This document shows positions 31,668 to 43,190 of a DNA stretch of 64,000 nucleotides, piece after piece. Position numbers and translations under genes: made by a program. The DNA lies in NCBI GenBank assembly GCA_019058315.1, contig JAHPZH010000003.1, positions 779,983-843,982 on the forward strand, given 5' to 3'. The stretch is from Candidatus Helarchaeota archaeon (lineage in GTDB: Archaea > Asgardarchaeota > Lokiarchaeia > Helarchaeales > RDOG01). The notes beneath the pieces are model-generated. The model did no database searches and was not told the origin of the DNA. It saw only the letters and a program-made list of their open reading frames with translations. Positions within the stretch are counted from its first letter, which is position 1, and every line of letters begins with the position of its first letter.

Positions 31668-32963
31668 TTACCAGATATCATCCTTATTTTTTTGTTTTAA
31701 TTTTTGTACAACTTGATCCAAAATTTCATTAGCTATTTCATCTTTCATTTCTAGTGGTATATGTTTTACATTTTTTTCACGATCTATAATATAAACTTCG
31801 TTAGTTTCATCCTCGAATCCTCTTTTCTGTTTTCCAACATCGTTAGCGACTATCATATTTGCAATTGCTTTAGGACCACTAATTCGACTATAAGCTTTTT
31901 CAATAAGATCATTTTCAGAAACATTAAATTCTGCTTTAAATGCACATATGAAGATATTGGAATCAGTTTCTCTAGCACTTTCAACACAACGTGGGGTTGG
32001 AACTAATTGAATATTAAGTTCTTCTTGTCGTGAAGGTATTTTAGAGTCGACAACTTTAGCAGGCATATAATCAGCAATTGCGGCTGCACAAATAAAAGCA
32101 TCATACTTTTCATTTTTGAGTTCATTTGTAATATTATTTACTAAGTCTTCAGCACTAACTACATTTACAATTTTTACATTTTCATAAGCAGGGGGACTAG
32201 CAGAACCCTTTCCATAAATAATGGTTACTTTATCAGCCCCTCTTAATATAGCCTCACGTGCAATAGCGACTCCCATTTTTCCAGATGATGGATTTGTTAT
32301 ATATCTAACACCATCTAGGTATTCGCGGGTCGGTCCAGCCGCAACTAATATTTTTAGCCCCCTTAAGTCATCTTTTATCTTAGATTTTTTTACAATTGCA
32401 ACGATTTGATTCACAATTTCGTTAACATGCGCAATTTTAGCCTTGTTTTCCTCAATTCGAGGTCCTAAAAACTTTACGCCGTAATTTTTTAGTTTTTTAA
32501 TGTTATCTTTAAGAATTGGATGATTATACATTGATGAATGCATGGCAGGTACAATAACTATTGGAATTTCGGATCCAAATGCAGTAGTTACAATAGTTGT
32601 AACTGGAGTATCATCAATACCAGCAGTAATTTTAGAAATAGTATTAGCAGTTGAAGGACAAACAAGAATAACATCGCAGTTATTTTCAGTTTTACCTGCA
32701 AGTGCCACATGTTCAATTTTCCCAGTTAATTTCGTTACTACAGGATTACCAGAAGCCCATTCAAATAAAGCGGGTTGGACGAGTTCTTGGGCGGCATGTG
32801 ACATAACTACATAAACTTCGGCACCCAATCTCATTAATTCTCTAACTACATATACACTTTGGATTATAGCAACAGATCCGGTTACACATAAGCAAATTTT
32901 TTTTCCTTCCAAAACTGAGCCCACTCCTCCTTTAATATCTTTGGAAGGATGTGAATTTTGCAT
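31668..32963 (-). CDS. coaBC: Phosphopantothenoylcysteine decarboxylase/ligase
   Basis: TGSVA, EHVAL, P.TANTISK...GIDDT, PAMHSSMY, AGPTRE.LD.VRYITN.SSGKMG, AAAIADY. Confidence 0.96.
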   Translation of the reverse strand: MQNSHPSKDIKGGVGSVLEGKKICLCVTGSVAIIQSVYVVRELMRLGAEVYVVMSHAAQELVQPALFEWASGNPVVTKLTGKIEHVALAGKTENNCDVILVCPSTANTISKITAGIDDTPVTTIVTTAFGSEIPIVIVPAMHSSMYNHPILKDNIKKLKNYGVKFLGPRIEENKAKIAHVNEIVNQIVAIVKKSKIKDDLRGLKILVAAGPTREYLDGVRYITNPSSGKMGVAIAREAILRGADKVTIIYGKGSASPPAYENVKIVNVVSAEDLVNNITNELKNEKYDAFICAAAIADYMPAKVVDSKIPSRQEELNIQLVPTPRCVESARETDSNIFICAFKAEFNVSENDLIEKAYSRISGPKAIANMIVANDVGKQKRGFEDETNEVYIIDREKNVKHIPLEMKDEIANEILDQVVQKLKQKNKDDIW

Positions 32964-33073
32964 AACACTTTCACCTAAATTAAGAATGATCTTTAATAAA
33001 TAGTTAAATAATTAATTTAATTAATATTTCTCAAATTTACTAATTGAAATCGCAAGATTTTTTGAGGTGAACC

Positions 33074-33997
33074 TTGATAATTCAAGCATTTTCGCCAGGA
33101 CATATTACAGCTATTTTTTCAATCAAGGATACAGAATCCGATAATATTTTAGAACAAGGTTCTATCGGAACTGGTTTCTCTATTACAGAAGGTGTATTAA
33201 CAGAAGTTGAAATGTTTCCCTCAGAAAAAAAATCAGTTAAAATCTTTATTAATGATAAATTGGCAGATGCCCCAGTATCGAAAGCAGTTGCAGATTCTTT
33301 CTTAAATCTATTTGAAGAAAATATTATAATTAACTTAAAACATTGGATTAATCTTCCAATTGGCGCTGGCTTTGGCTGTTCAGGTGCAGGGGCATTAAGT
33401 GCATCATTTGCATTAAATAAGAAGCTAGAATTAAATCTTACTAAGAATAAATGTGGTCAGATTGCACATATTGCTGAGGTAAAAAATCGTACTGGATTAG
33501 GTGATGTAATTGCTTCATTTCACGGTGGTTTCGAAATTCGAATTAAACCAGGAGCTCCAGGAATAGGTAAAATTAGAAAAATACCCGCTTCACAGGATAT
33601 TTGTGTTATTTGTGCTACAGGAGGTATTTTAGAAACAAAAAAAGTCCTAACTGACATTAACCTTAGGAAGAAAATAATTAAAGCTGGAAATATTTATTTA
33701 CAACAAATTATTAATAATGAATCCATTACCATAAGTGAAATTATTAATAAGGCTAAAGAATTCAGTTTTGAAACAAGTCTTATGACCTCAGAAATAAAAA
33801 ATGTCTTGGAAGCATTAGAAAAAGCAGGATTTGGAGATTCTAGTATGATTATGTTAGGTAAATCTATTTTTTGTTTAACAGAAGAAAAAAATATCACAAA
33901 GGTACATAGAATAATGAAGAAAGAATTATCATCTTGGTCAATATTTAATACAAGAATTGATTATAAAGGGGCTAGATTAATTAAAAAGGATGATTAG
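33074..33997 (+). CDS. Pantoate kinase (GHMP family)
   Basis: AFSPGHIT, GS.G.G, PIGAGFGCSGA, AH.AEV...TGLGDV, PGAPG. Confidence 0.92.
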   Translation: MIIQAFSPGHITAIFSIKDTESDNILEQGSIGTGFSITEGVLTEVEMFPSEKKSVKIFINDKLADAPVSKAVADSFLNLFEENIIINLKHWINLPIGAGFGCSGAGALSASFALNKKLELNLTKNKCGQIAHIAEVKNRTGLGDVIASFHGGFEIRIKPGAPGIGKIRKIPASQDICVICATGGILETKKVLTDINLRKKIIKAGNIYLQQIINNESITISEIINKAKEFSFETSLMTSEIKNVLEALEKAGFGDSSMIMLGKSIFCLTEEKNITKVHRIMKKELSSWSIFNTRIDYKGARLIKKDD

Positions 33998-34814
33998 TAT
34001 GTCAAAATTAGGAGAAGAACCAATTCCTTCGGAAGTTCCGGAGGACCATCCAAGAGCACATAGTTTAAAAATTCGCCACAGAATAACTGATGGTTTAGAT
34101 AAAAAAATAGTGGCAAAAGCAGGACTAATTGCTCATGGACGTGGTGAAGCTTTTGATTATTTAATAGGAGAAATTACAACTGAACCAGCTAAAGAGGCTA
34201 TAGAAGCAGCTTGTTCTGCGTTATTACTTGCAAAACATCCAATTATTAGCGTAAATGGTAATGTTGCGGCCCTAACACCTCATGAAATTGTTGAACTTTC
34301 AAATGTTTCAGAAGCAAAACTAGAGATTAATTTATTTTATCGCACCAAAGAAAGAGAAGATGCTCTAGAAAAAGCATTAAGGGTTGCTGGGGCCAAAGAG
34401 ATATTAGGTGTAGGATTAAAAAAAATTGAAATACATGATTTATCTTCTAAACGGAGAATAATTGACCCTGAAGGTATCGCTAAAGCAGATGTTGTTTTAG
34501 TCCCATTAGAAGATGGCGACCGCACAGAAGCTTTAAAAAGAGCAGGAAAAAAAGTTATTGCAATAGATTTAAATCCATTAAGTAGAACAGCTCAGCATGC
34601 GGATATTACAATTGTTGATAATTTAGTTAGATGTATTCCTCTGATGAAAGATGAGATAATAAAATTAAAATCAAAATCAAAAAAAGACCTAGAATTAATT
34701 TTGAAAAAATTTGATAATAAACATAATTTAAGTTCTATGATTGAATTAATCGGAACTCGTTTTTTAGACCTTGCTAAAAAAGGAATTAATATTCCAGGAA
34801 TAAAAGAGTTGTAA
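33990..34814 (+). CDS. 4-phosphopantoate--beta-alanine ligase (phosphopantothenate synthetase)
   Basis: HPRAHSL..R, GLIAHGRGEAFDYLIGE, SVNGN, VPLEDGDR, IDLNPLSRT. Confidence 0.95.
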   Translation: MISMSKLGEEPIPSEVPEDHPRAHSLKIRHRITDGLDKKIVAKAGLIAHGRGEAFDYLIGEITTEPAKEAIEAACSALLLAKHPIISVNGNVAALTPHEIVELSNVSEAKLEINLFYRTKEREDALEKALRVAGAKEILGVGLKKIEIHDLSSKRRIIDPEGIAKADVVLVPLEDGDRTEALKRAGKKVIAIDLNPLSRTAQHADITIVDNLVRCIPLMKDEIIKLKSKSKKDLELILKKFDNKHNLSSMIELIGTRFLDLAKKGINIPGIKEL

Positions 34815-34847
34815 TATTTATAAAAATTATATAAAAAAAGAAATATT

Positions 34848-36479
34848 TTACTTTAACGAAGCTGAATGCTCTAATACAGGTACTATTTGTTTTTTTCTGG
34901 AAACCACATTTGGTATAAAGATATAATCAGAATCAGGGTCTTTTTTAAATGCATGTTCAAATATATCCTTGTGATCACCAACAAAAATCAACTCACTCCC
35001 TGTTTTAATGATATCAGTTATCATTAATAATGCAAAATCATATCCATTAATTTTACATTCATTTGCCATAAATTCCCTGATAGCTTTCTTTCTAGACGCA
35101 AGACTTTTATGATCACCAGTGTTTATTTGAGCTATAGCCATTTTAATATCACCAAATTGGTACACCTTCATATCTGTATGGAAAATGTCTGCTTCCGTTT
35201 TTCCATCCAACAAAGTTCCTTGAATAATCATCTCAGGACCAAATTTTTGAGGATTTATTTTGGCAATTTCTGAAAGTATTTTTGCCATTTGCTTATCTTT
35301 TTTTGTGGTAGTAGGAGATTTGAAAACCAAGGTATCAGATAAAATAGCAGCCATTAAGATACCTGCGATTTCTGGATCGATAGGATAATCATTATTTAAG
35401 TACATTTCAGCTACAAGAGTTGATGTACTTCCAACGGGTTCGCAATGTATATAAAGTGGTTGTTCTGTATGGACATCAGATATTCTATGATGATCGACAA
35501 TTTCTATTATCTCTGCTGTTTCTATTCCAATTACAGATTGACCACGTTCGTTATGATCAACCATAATAACCTTTTTTCTATTAAATTCGAGTAGAAGTTG
35601 TCTTGAAATTGAACCAATCAATTTATGATCCAAATCTACAACAGGAAACTCTCTATAAATAGAGGTATGCAATATCTTCTTTACATCATCTATGTAATCA
35701 TCTTCATAAAAAAATTCAATATTTTTTGTTATCATTATTGAACTTAACGGTAAAATTAAATTAATTTGGTTTATAGATTCATAAAAATTATGTGGAGATT
35801 CAATAATAGAGACTTTTTTCTCTTTAGCTAACTTTTTAAGTTCTACAGTTAATTTCTCTTTTCCTGTTAAAATTAAACAGCCAGCTCCTGCTTGCATAAC
35901 ACGTTTTTGGATCTCTTTATTTTTTCCTACTATTACGATATCTCCATCGCTAAGTCTTTCCTTATCGCGAATTTGGGAAGCAACATGTATTCTGCCTTCA
36001 ATTTTATCATAATTATATTTACCTAGGACTAATTTTCCATCTAAAACATTCAAAATATTTTGAAAATTAGTTTTATGTTTCTTTAATTCTTCTTCATATT
36101 TATGTTCCAAATAAGTCTGAGTGATATCTGTCTTAGAAACAACTCCTACTAAAACATTATCTTCATTAACAATTGGGGTTAATGATCTAAATGTCTTATT
36201 CATTAGTTCCCATGCGATTTTTAGAGGCATATCAGGTGTTATAAATTCCTCTTCAAATAAATTAACATCTTCTAGGCGGGGTTCAACAGAATCCAAATAT
36301 TCAGGTTCGGGAATTTTAAAATAATCCAAAACATATTTTGTTTCACTATTGATATCTCCTACCCTGAAAGCTTTTGCATTAAGCCCCATTTTCTTTTTCA
36401 ATTCAGCATATCCAATCGCAGAGCAAATTGAATCAGTATCAGGATTTTTATGACCAAAAATATAAATTAGATCTTTCAT
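34848..36479 (-). CDS. ppaC: Family II Mn-dependent inorganic pyrophosphatase with CBS and DRTGG domains
   Basis: GHKNPDTDS, VDHNE, VDHH, SDT, SRKKQ; CBS-DRTGG-CBS insert. Confidence 0.93.
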   Translation of the reverse strand: MKDLIYIFGHKNPDTDSICSAIGYAELKKKMGLNAKAFRVGDINSETKYVLDYFKIPEPEYLDSVEPRLEDVNLFEEEFITPDMPLKIAWELMNKTFRSLTPIVNEDNVLVGVVSKTDITQTYLEHKYEEELKKHKTNFQNILNVLDGKLVLGKYNYDKIEGRIHVASQIRDKERLSDGDIVIVGKNKEIQKRVMQAGAGCLILTGKEKLTVELKKLAKEKKVSIIESPHNFYESINQINLILPLSSIMITKNIEFFYEDDYIDDVKKILHTSIYREFPVVDLDHKLIGSISRQLLLEFNRKKVIMVDHNERGQSVIGIETAEIIEIVDHHRISDVHTEQPLYIHCEPVGSTSTLVAEMYLNNDYPIDPEIAGILMAAILSDTLVFKSPTTTKKDKQMAKILSEIAKINPQKFGPEMIIQGTLLDGKTEADIFHTDMKVYQFGDIKMAIAQINTGDHKSLASRKKAIREFMANECKINGYDFALLMITDIIKTGSELIFVGDHKDIFEHAFKKDPDSDYIFIPNVVSRKKQIVPVLEHSASLK

Positions 36480-36771
36480 TGTTTATCTCCCAAAAATTAA
36501 AAGTTATTCAAGAAAGATAAAATCATACAATTTTGTTTTTATAAATTTTAATAATAATTATAAAACTTCCAGTTAAAGGTTAAAACCTCTAATAATACAA
36601 TATTTTGTAATATATAGTTTTTTTTTAATTGTTGTTTTATAATCTTATTTTGTTAAAAATATGAAGAATAATGTTTCAAAATTAGTAAAAAATATTATTT
36701 TTCGATTTGAAAATAGAATTTTTTGGTATTCTTTATATAATTAAATTTCAAAATAAGGAGATTTTATCAGA

Positions 36772-38211
36772 TTAACCTATTCCAATTCGAATCCCTAAGT
36801 AAAAACTTGTAATTGCCAATTGTATCATAGCAGTGATTAATCCAATCTTGAGAAAACTTTTAAGTTTTATTTTTATATTATTCTCCTCGGCTAATTTTAT
36901 AACCAAAAGGTTTCCTCCGATTGGAGCGAGAGACTCGCCGAGGTTGCAACCTAGCCCAAGAGCAAAATATGTTAACTGTGTTTTGGAAATAGTAAATCCA
37001 AATGTTAAAAGGGGTATGATGGGAAGTAATGCGGTTGTAATAGGGATGTTATCAATCCCGCTGCTTAAAAATGAAGACACCCATAGTATTAATTGAATAG
37101 TTATAAATGAGTCTCCCCCCGTGATGGATTTTAGAGCAAAACCAAAAGAGTTCATAACTCCAACATGTTCCATGCACCCAGTAAGTATAAACATGCCTAA
37201 TAAAAATAGAATTAATTCAAAATCAACCTTTTCGAAAATATTTTTGACATTCAATTTACTTATTATAATTAGGATGAAGCTTATAGCTATGGCCACGGTT
37301 TCAGGATGGTCAGGAATTGCCACGATTAATATAAAAGTTGATATTAAACAAACTAATGATTTATAAAAGAGCTGTTTGTCAGGAACGAAACTCCAAGGGT
37401 CGATCGCTTCAATTACTTGAATCAATCTTTTTTCTGGAACTTTTAATTCATTTTTAAAATACTTTCTAAATATAATGTATGAAATAAAAAACAAAATAAT
37501 ACCTAACCAAGCAATATTGATTAGATAATCAATAAAATTAAAGTCTGCGGCTTGGCTTATTAAAATATTGGGAACAGAACTAATTAAAAGCATAATCCCA
37601 CCAATATTTACTAAAATTGCCTCACTGAGAATATATGGTATAGGATTGATATTCAACATACGACAAATCATAATTGTTAACGGAATTAATATAATAATAG
37701 CAAGAATATTTGAGAGTAAAGAGGAGAAAAAGACAGCTAGGAGGCAACAATATAGAAGCAAAATTTTAGGGTTTCCTTTGGCACCTTTAATAAGTTTCAG
37801 AGCAATAAATTGGAAAACTCCAGCTTCTTGACAAATAGTTACTTGTAGCATTATTCCAAATATTAAAATGATTGAATGTAAATTACTGAAATTATTATTC
37901 TCACTACCGAACATGAATTTTATTAGATTGGATAAGCTAAAGGGTGAGAAAAAATCGTTTTCGTACATAAATAAAAAAAGATGTTGCTCAGGGGGAATCT
38001 CGAGTGCAAACAACATTAAATTTTCAAATTGAAATAAATCAGAAAAACTCTGGGATGAAATTGATTGAGAAATATCGAAAGGAAGAATTGTTAGAGATAT
38101 AAAAGCAATTATAGCCCCAGATATAGAAGCTACAGCGCGATTCATTTTTTCTGTAACTATTAAAATAATAACTGAAATGAATATAACCAAAATTAATATT
38201 GTATCAATCAT
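36772..38211 (-). CDS. ArsB/NhaD (SLC13/P-protein-like) permease
   Basis: Multi-TM; ILVNIGG..L.ISS.PN, SSGIDNIP, LG.NLG. Confidence 0.8.
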   Translation of the reverse strand: MIDTILILVIFISVIILIVTEKMNRAVASISGAIIAFISLTILPFDISQSISSQSFSDLFQFENLMLFALEIPPEQHLFLFMYENDFFSPFSLSNLIKFMFGSENNNFSNLHSIILIFGIMLQVTICQEAGVFQFIALKLIKGAKGNPKILLLYCCLLAVFFSSLLSNILAIIILIPLTIMICRMLNINPIPYILSEAILVNIGGIMLLISSVPNILISQAADFNFIDYLINIAWLGIILFFISYIIFRKYFKNELKVPEKRLIQVIEAIDPWSFVPDKQLFYKSLVCLISTFILIVAIPDHPETVAIAISFILIIISKLNVKNIFEKVDFELILFLLGMFILTGCMEHVGVMNSFGFALKSITGGDSFITIQLILWVSSFLSSGIDNIPITTALLPIIPLLTFGFTISKTQLTYFALGLGCNLGESLAPIGGNLLVIKLAEENNIKIKLKSFLKIGLITAMIQLAITSFYLGIRIGIG

Positions 38212-38338
38212 TTTATACCTAGATTTTATCTTTCAATTTGAATAATTAATCTAATATTTGAATCTAATTACAAATAAAAAAATATTGAGTTCATATAATA
38301 TAAAATTAAATATTAATTAGCATTTTAAAATCCAAAAA

Positions 38339-39061
38339 TTGATTTTTAGTAATCAGTTGGAGGTATTAATAATTTCAGAGATTAATAAGAATGGAGAAAA
38401 TTCTATAAACACAAATAGAAAAAACCCATATAATATTTGTATATGGAAAGATGTTTCAACATGCAATGATTGTTCCATAAAGGGAGAACTCCAATGTCAT
38501 GAGGATTTTAGATATTCAATCTGGTTTGCATCGGGATTTATATTCGGTTTTATTCCCGCTATACTCGGAATCTTCTTAGGATTTTTTTCAGAATCTTTAA
38601 ATTTACCACTTTTTATTATTTCACTTGGAGGATGGATATTATATTTAGTGATTTTTTTTATAATTTGGGAGCCTCGCATGCTTTGTAGTCATTGTCCATA
38701 TTATGCTGAAGGAGAAGCAAAAGTAGTCCATTGTTATGCTAATCACGGAATTCCTAAAACAACCTCATTTAATCCAGCACCGATGAGCCGATCAGAAAAA
38801 ATTCAATTTATTATTGGTCTTTTAATCTTTTTTGGATATCCTATACCTTTTTTAATTATTGCAGAACAATTTGTTTTATTGTTAATATCGATGATAGGTG
38901 TAATTTTCTGGATCCTTATTTTACAACTTAAAATTTGTCCAGACTGTGTTAATTTTTCTTGTCCGCTCAATCGCGTTCCAAAAAATATCTTAGTCAGTTT
39001 TATCAAGCACAATCCTATAATGAAAGAAGCTTGGGAAAAAAGTGGGTATAGATTTGAGTAA
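38339..39061 (+). CDS. Cys-motif membrane protein of unknown function
   Basis: Four TM helices with CNDC, CSHCPYY and CPDCVNFSCPLN motifs; start uncertain. Confidence 0.7.
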   Translation: MIFSNQLEVLIISEINKNGENSINTNRKNPYNICIWKDVSTCNDCSIKGELQCHEDFRYSIWFASGFIFGFIPAILGIFLGFFSESLNLPLFIISLGGWILYLVIFFIIWEPRMLCSHCPYYAEGEAKVVHCYANHGIPKTTSFNPAPMSRSEKIQFIIGLLIFFGYPIPFLIIAEQFVLLLISMIGVIFWILILQLKICPDCVNFSCPLNRVPKNILVSFIKHNPIMKEAWEKSGYRFE

Positions 39062-39098
39062 ATAATAATAAAAAAAAATTAATAAATAAATAGATGCT

Positions 39099-39857
39099 CT
39101 AAAATCTGAATTCTTTAAGTCCTAATTGAGATGGTGTAGGATAATAAAAGGTCCTTTTCGGTAATATTATTTTATGAATGGCTAGAATGAAATAATAAAT
39201 AAAATATCTTAATTTTTTGGGTCTATTTTCAGATTTTGAAAATTTTACAAATCGATATCCTTCGGCGAACCAATATTTATTTACTTTTAAACCATAAGTT
39301 AATTGCATAATTGAAGTTCCAAATAACATCCATTTAGAACCGAAATTTTGAGAGCTGTGCTTTTCCATAGCTTTACGAGCTTGCTTTCGATATTTGCTTG
39401 GAATAAAAAAATTAGGTTTAAATGTTTGCCATAAGAATAAAAATGGACGCTTTTTCAACTTCTTTACAATATAATAGCACATCCATCCAGTATTCATGTG
39501 GTCTGAATGAAAATCTAAAGAAAAAAAAGCATCTGGTGCAAATATAATATCTGGTTTTATTTTATTTATATATTTTTTCAATTTTTTTATATTTTTTTTA
39601 TTTATTTCGACATATCCATCAATAAAACCTAGCCAATCCACCCTCGAAATACCAGTAATTTGTGCTGCTTTCTTCATTTCATATCGACGAATTTTTGAAA
39701 TTCGCTCTCCTTTAAAATCATTCCTTGCTGTGCCATATTCATCAGCAGTCATACAAGCCATAATAACGGTATGACCTTTTTTTACAAAATCAATTTGTGA
39801 ATTAGCAGAAGTAAATTCACAATCATCAGGATGAGCAGCTAAAAATAAAATTTTCAT
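39099..39857 (-). CDS. PIG-L/LmbE family deacetylase
   Basis: AAHPDD, R..E...A, HSDH, H.SQ. Confidence 0.88.
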   Translation of the reverse strand: MKILFLAAHPDDCEFTSANSQIDFVKKGHTVIMACMTADEYGTARNDFKGERISKIRRYEMKKAAQITGISRVDWLGFIDGYVEINKKNIKKLKKYINKIKPDIIFAPDAFFSLDFHSDHMNTGWMCYYIVKKLKKRPFLFLWQTFKPNFFIPSKYRKQARKAMEKHSSQNFGSKWMLFGTSIMQLTYGLKVNKYWFAEGYRFVKFSKSENRPKKLRYFIYYFILAIHKIILPKRTFYYPTPSQLGLKEFRF

Positions 39858-39893
39858 AAATTAAAAAAGAAATAGAAACATATAAAAAAATAA

Positions 39894-42077
39894 TTAAATG
39901 AAAAGTACTGCAAAAACTGGAGCAAACAATAGAGCTAGCATGTTCATTACTTTAATAAGTGAATTCATCGAAGGACCTGCAGTATCTTTGAAAGGATCTC
40001 CTACAGTATCTCCAATTACTGCCGCTTTATAAGCAGGAGCTTTCTTACCACCCAAATTTCCAGCTCTGATCCATTTTTTAGCATTATCCCATGCCCCACC
40101 AGCATTAGACATAAATATGGCTATAATTAGACCACCCGCTAAATCTCCAATCAAAAAAGAGCCAAGGGCTTCAGTCCCTAAGATTGGACCCACAATTAAA
40201 ACACTTACAACAGCTAATAAAACAGGAATCACCATTCCTTTAAGTGCACCTTTCGTACTTATGTCTACACATCGTGCATATTCGGGTTTTCCAGTGCCCT
40301 CCATAATACCAGGTATTGTTTGAAATTGATGTCGAATTTCTTTTATCATGTCAAATGCTGTTGTACTAACCGACTCTAAGAGAAATGAACTAATTATGAA
40401 TGGTATCATTACACCTAATAAAAGTCCAGAAATTTCTAGTGGTTTGGCTTCATTAATAATGGAAAGGTGAGCTTCCTCCAGAAATAGTTTTATTGTTGCA
40501 AGAACTACAAGCCCAGAAGATACTATAGCAAAACCTTTTGCAACAGCTGCGGTACTGTTCCCCACTGAATCTAATAAATCTGTTCTTTCTCTAACATCAT
40601 CGCCTAATTCAGCCATTTCAACAATTCCACCAGAATTATCAGCGATAGGTCCAAATGTGTCTATTCCTTGAATCATTCCCACCATTGATAGAAGTGCCAT
40701 TGCCGTAATTGCAATACCAAAAATGTCCGCGAGAAGATGAGAAACTACAATTGCACAACATACAGTAATAATTGGTATAGCAGTGCTTTTTAATCCAGTA
40801 GCATATCCTTTAAGTATGGTAGTTGCGGGTCCTGTTTCTGCAGCTTCAGCAATTTTTTGTGTGAGTTTATATTCTGCAGAGGTAAAAATTTGTGTGTTTA
40901 AAGTAATTATAATTGTTGCACCTAATCCTATAAGTCCTGATAAAGCGACTCCTAACCAGAAAGGAACAATATTTAATCTACCTTTTGGACCTTCTAATCC
41001 TCCTAGCAGAATATACGAGAGAATAAATAACAAAATAGCTAATACAATACCAGCTGCAATAATTCCTTTATTCAGAATCTTAAAAGGATCTTCACCTTCT
41101 TTACCTTTTGTAACAACAATACCTACCAATGATGCAATAATTCCGGACGTGGCGATTAAAAGGGACAAGTAAATTCCAGCTTCCCCTATTTCTGGAACAA
41201 TACTAGCGGTAGTGAGACAAACTACTAATGTAATCGCAAAAGATTCATAAAGATCTGATCCCATCCCGATACAGTCCCCAACAATATCACCAACATTATC
41301 AGCTATAACACCTGGATTGCGTGGATCGTCTTCGGGTATTCCTGCCTCCACTTTTCCTACGAGATCTGCTCCCATATCAGCTGCTTTAGTATAAATTCCT
41401 CCACCAATTCTCGAAAACATACACACTATACTAGCACCAAAACCAAATCCAACAAATTGTAAAGGTGTATTATATGTAATGAACATAAATCCAGGATTTA
41501 TAGCAAAAAATACTTGTGCTTCTGCATTATATAATAAATAAAATAATAATGGACGATATTGAGGGTCTTCAAATAATGCATAATGAACTGTAATATTATA
41601 AATCCCTCCAAAAATCCAGAATAAGCTTACAATACCAAGCAGACCAGTCCCTATAACAAAAAGTCCCATCACAATTCCACCACGAAATCCAATTCCTAAA
41701 GCATCATTAACATTCTTACGTGCGGCATTTGCAGTCCTAACATTAGCTAATGTTGCAACATGTACGCCGATATATCCAGTTAGAGTTGAAAGACCAAGTC
41801 CAACCCAAAAAGAAATTAATGTATAAGGAATACCACCATGTTGAGTGAAATCTAATGCAAAATATAAAACAGCAGCAATTATAGCTGAGAATATATAAAT
41901 GGTCTTATATTCTCGCTTTATAAATGCTTGAGCCCCTTCCCTTATTGCACTAGCAATTTCTTTCATTTTTGGAGTTCCTTCTTCTTTCTTTTTGATGTCA
42001 CGGAGGAAGTAAATGGCAATACCTAAACTCACTGCACCCACAATAATAATTAAAATATTCAATAATTCTGTAATCAT
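39894..42077 (-). CDS. hppA: Membrane-bound ion-translocating pyrophosphatase, probably K+-dependent type
   Basis: [46 protein letters not shown] (Ala at the K+-dependence position), [16 protein letters not shown]. Confidence 0.96.
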   Translation of the reverse strand: MITELLNILIIIVGAVSLGIAIYFLRDIKKKEEGTPKMKEIASAIREGAQAFIKREYKTIYIFSAIIAAVLYFALDFTQHGGIPYTLISFWVGLGLSTLTGYIGVHVATLANVRTANAARKNVNDALGIGFRGGIVMGLFVIGTGLLGIVSLFWIFGGIYNITVHYALFEDPQYRPLLFYLLYNAEAQVFFAINPGFMFITYNTPLQFVGFGFGASIVCMFSRIGGGIYTKAADMGADLVGKVEAGIPEDDPRNPGVIADNVGDIVGDCIGMGSDLYESFAITLVVCLTTASIVPEIGEAGIYLSLLIATSGIIASLVGIVVTKGKEGEDPFKILNKGIIAAGIVLAILLFILSYILLGGLEGPKGRLNIVPFWLGVALSGLIGLGATIIITLNTQIFTSAEYKLTQKIAEAAETGPATTILKGYATGLKSTAIPIITVCCAIVVSHLLADIFGIAITAMALLSMVGMIQGIDTFGPIADNSGGIVEMAELGDDVRERTDLLDSVGNSTAAVAKGFAIVSSGLVVLATIKLFLEEAHLSIINEAKPLEISGLLLGVMIPFIISSFLLESVSTTAFDMIKEIRHQFQTIPGIMEGTGKPEYARCVDISTKGALKGMVIPVLLAVVSVLIVGPILGTEALGSFLIGDLAGGLIIAIFMSNAGGAWDNAKKWIRAGNLGGKKAPAYKAAVIGDTVGDPFKDTAGPSMNSLIKVMNMLALLFAPVFAVLFI

Positions 42078-42479
42078 AATAACACCTTAAATTTTCTAGT
42101 AGTTACCATATTTTTGTTAATAAATTTTTTCCTTAAAGTATAAAATTGGAATTATTCTAATAGAAATTTAATTAAATTAAGAAAAATTAACCAGTTATCT
42201 TTTTTGTGCTTTGGGAATGTTCACCAGAATTAAAACTCATAATAGAAATTATTCAAAAAAACATTTAATTAATCAAATATTGTTATTTAACTTATATCAA
42301 ATTATTACATTCTAGTTAATTATCAAATCTAAAAATCCTCTATAAAACTGAGTTAATAAAATCAAAATTTCTTTAAATGGTAGTTGGTCTTACCGAGTTG
42401 ATCCATATAATAAATTTCTAAATAAACGATAAATTAATTAATAAAATATACAAAATAGATTCTTAATTTTATAATCAAT

Positions 42480-43049
42480 TTGTTAAGGATAAATAAAATG
42501 TCAGAACATGAAGGAGTTATAACATTTAAAACGATCATTGGTGGTATAGTAGGTGTTACTTTGGGATTTCTTATTCTTCCTTTCTTGTGGGTACCTTTGC
42601 TTAAATGGACGGGGGGTGGTTGGGTCACAGTTCTAATTAGTTTGATAGTTCTTATATTTGGATATTTTTTAGTTAAATATGCAGAAGGATATCCAGATAT
42701 AATTGGTGCTATTATTCTTATGTTAGGAATGACTCTTTTTGTATTTGCTATTTGGTATTATGCTCCTTATATAGCATTACATATTGAAATAGCCCCACCC
42801 ATTACTGTAGGTTTAATCCTTGGAATAATTTTGTTTGTTATTGGATTAATAGTTATAGCTGCAAATAAGACATGGAAAACATATTATAATGACATAAGTG
42901 AAATCGTAGGTTTATTGTATGGTGGACTCATGATATATGTTTGGATAGCCGAATATGTGATAGTCCCGGTGTTAGAAGCCATGGGATTGAATATAAAAGG
43001 TGTAATTACTCCGGTATTACCTATAATTATACCATTAATCGTAATATAA
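42480..43049 (+). CDS. Hypothetical multi-pass membrane protein
   Basis: Hydrophobic ORF with ~5-6 TM segments. Confidence 0.65.
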   Translation: MLRINKMSEHEGVITFKTIIGGIVGVTLGFLILPFLWVPLLKWTGGGWVTVLISLIVLIFGYFLVKYAEGYPDIIGAIILMLGMTLFVFAIWYYAPYIALHIEIAPPITVGLILGIILFVIGLIVIAANKTWKTYYNDISEIVGLLYGGLMIYVWIAEYVIVPVLEAMGLNIKGVITPVLPIIIPLIVI

Positions 43050-43190
43050 TATTATTTAATTTTTTTTTAATGAATATTATTAAGAACTAGACTGTGTTAA
43101 GATTATTAGAATAATTTTTAATGTCATTTTTTATAATTTGTATTTTACATTTTTAATAATCTAATTAATTAATATAGGAGATTTTGTAAA

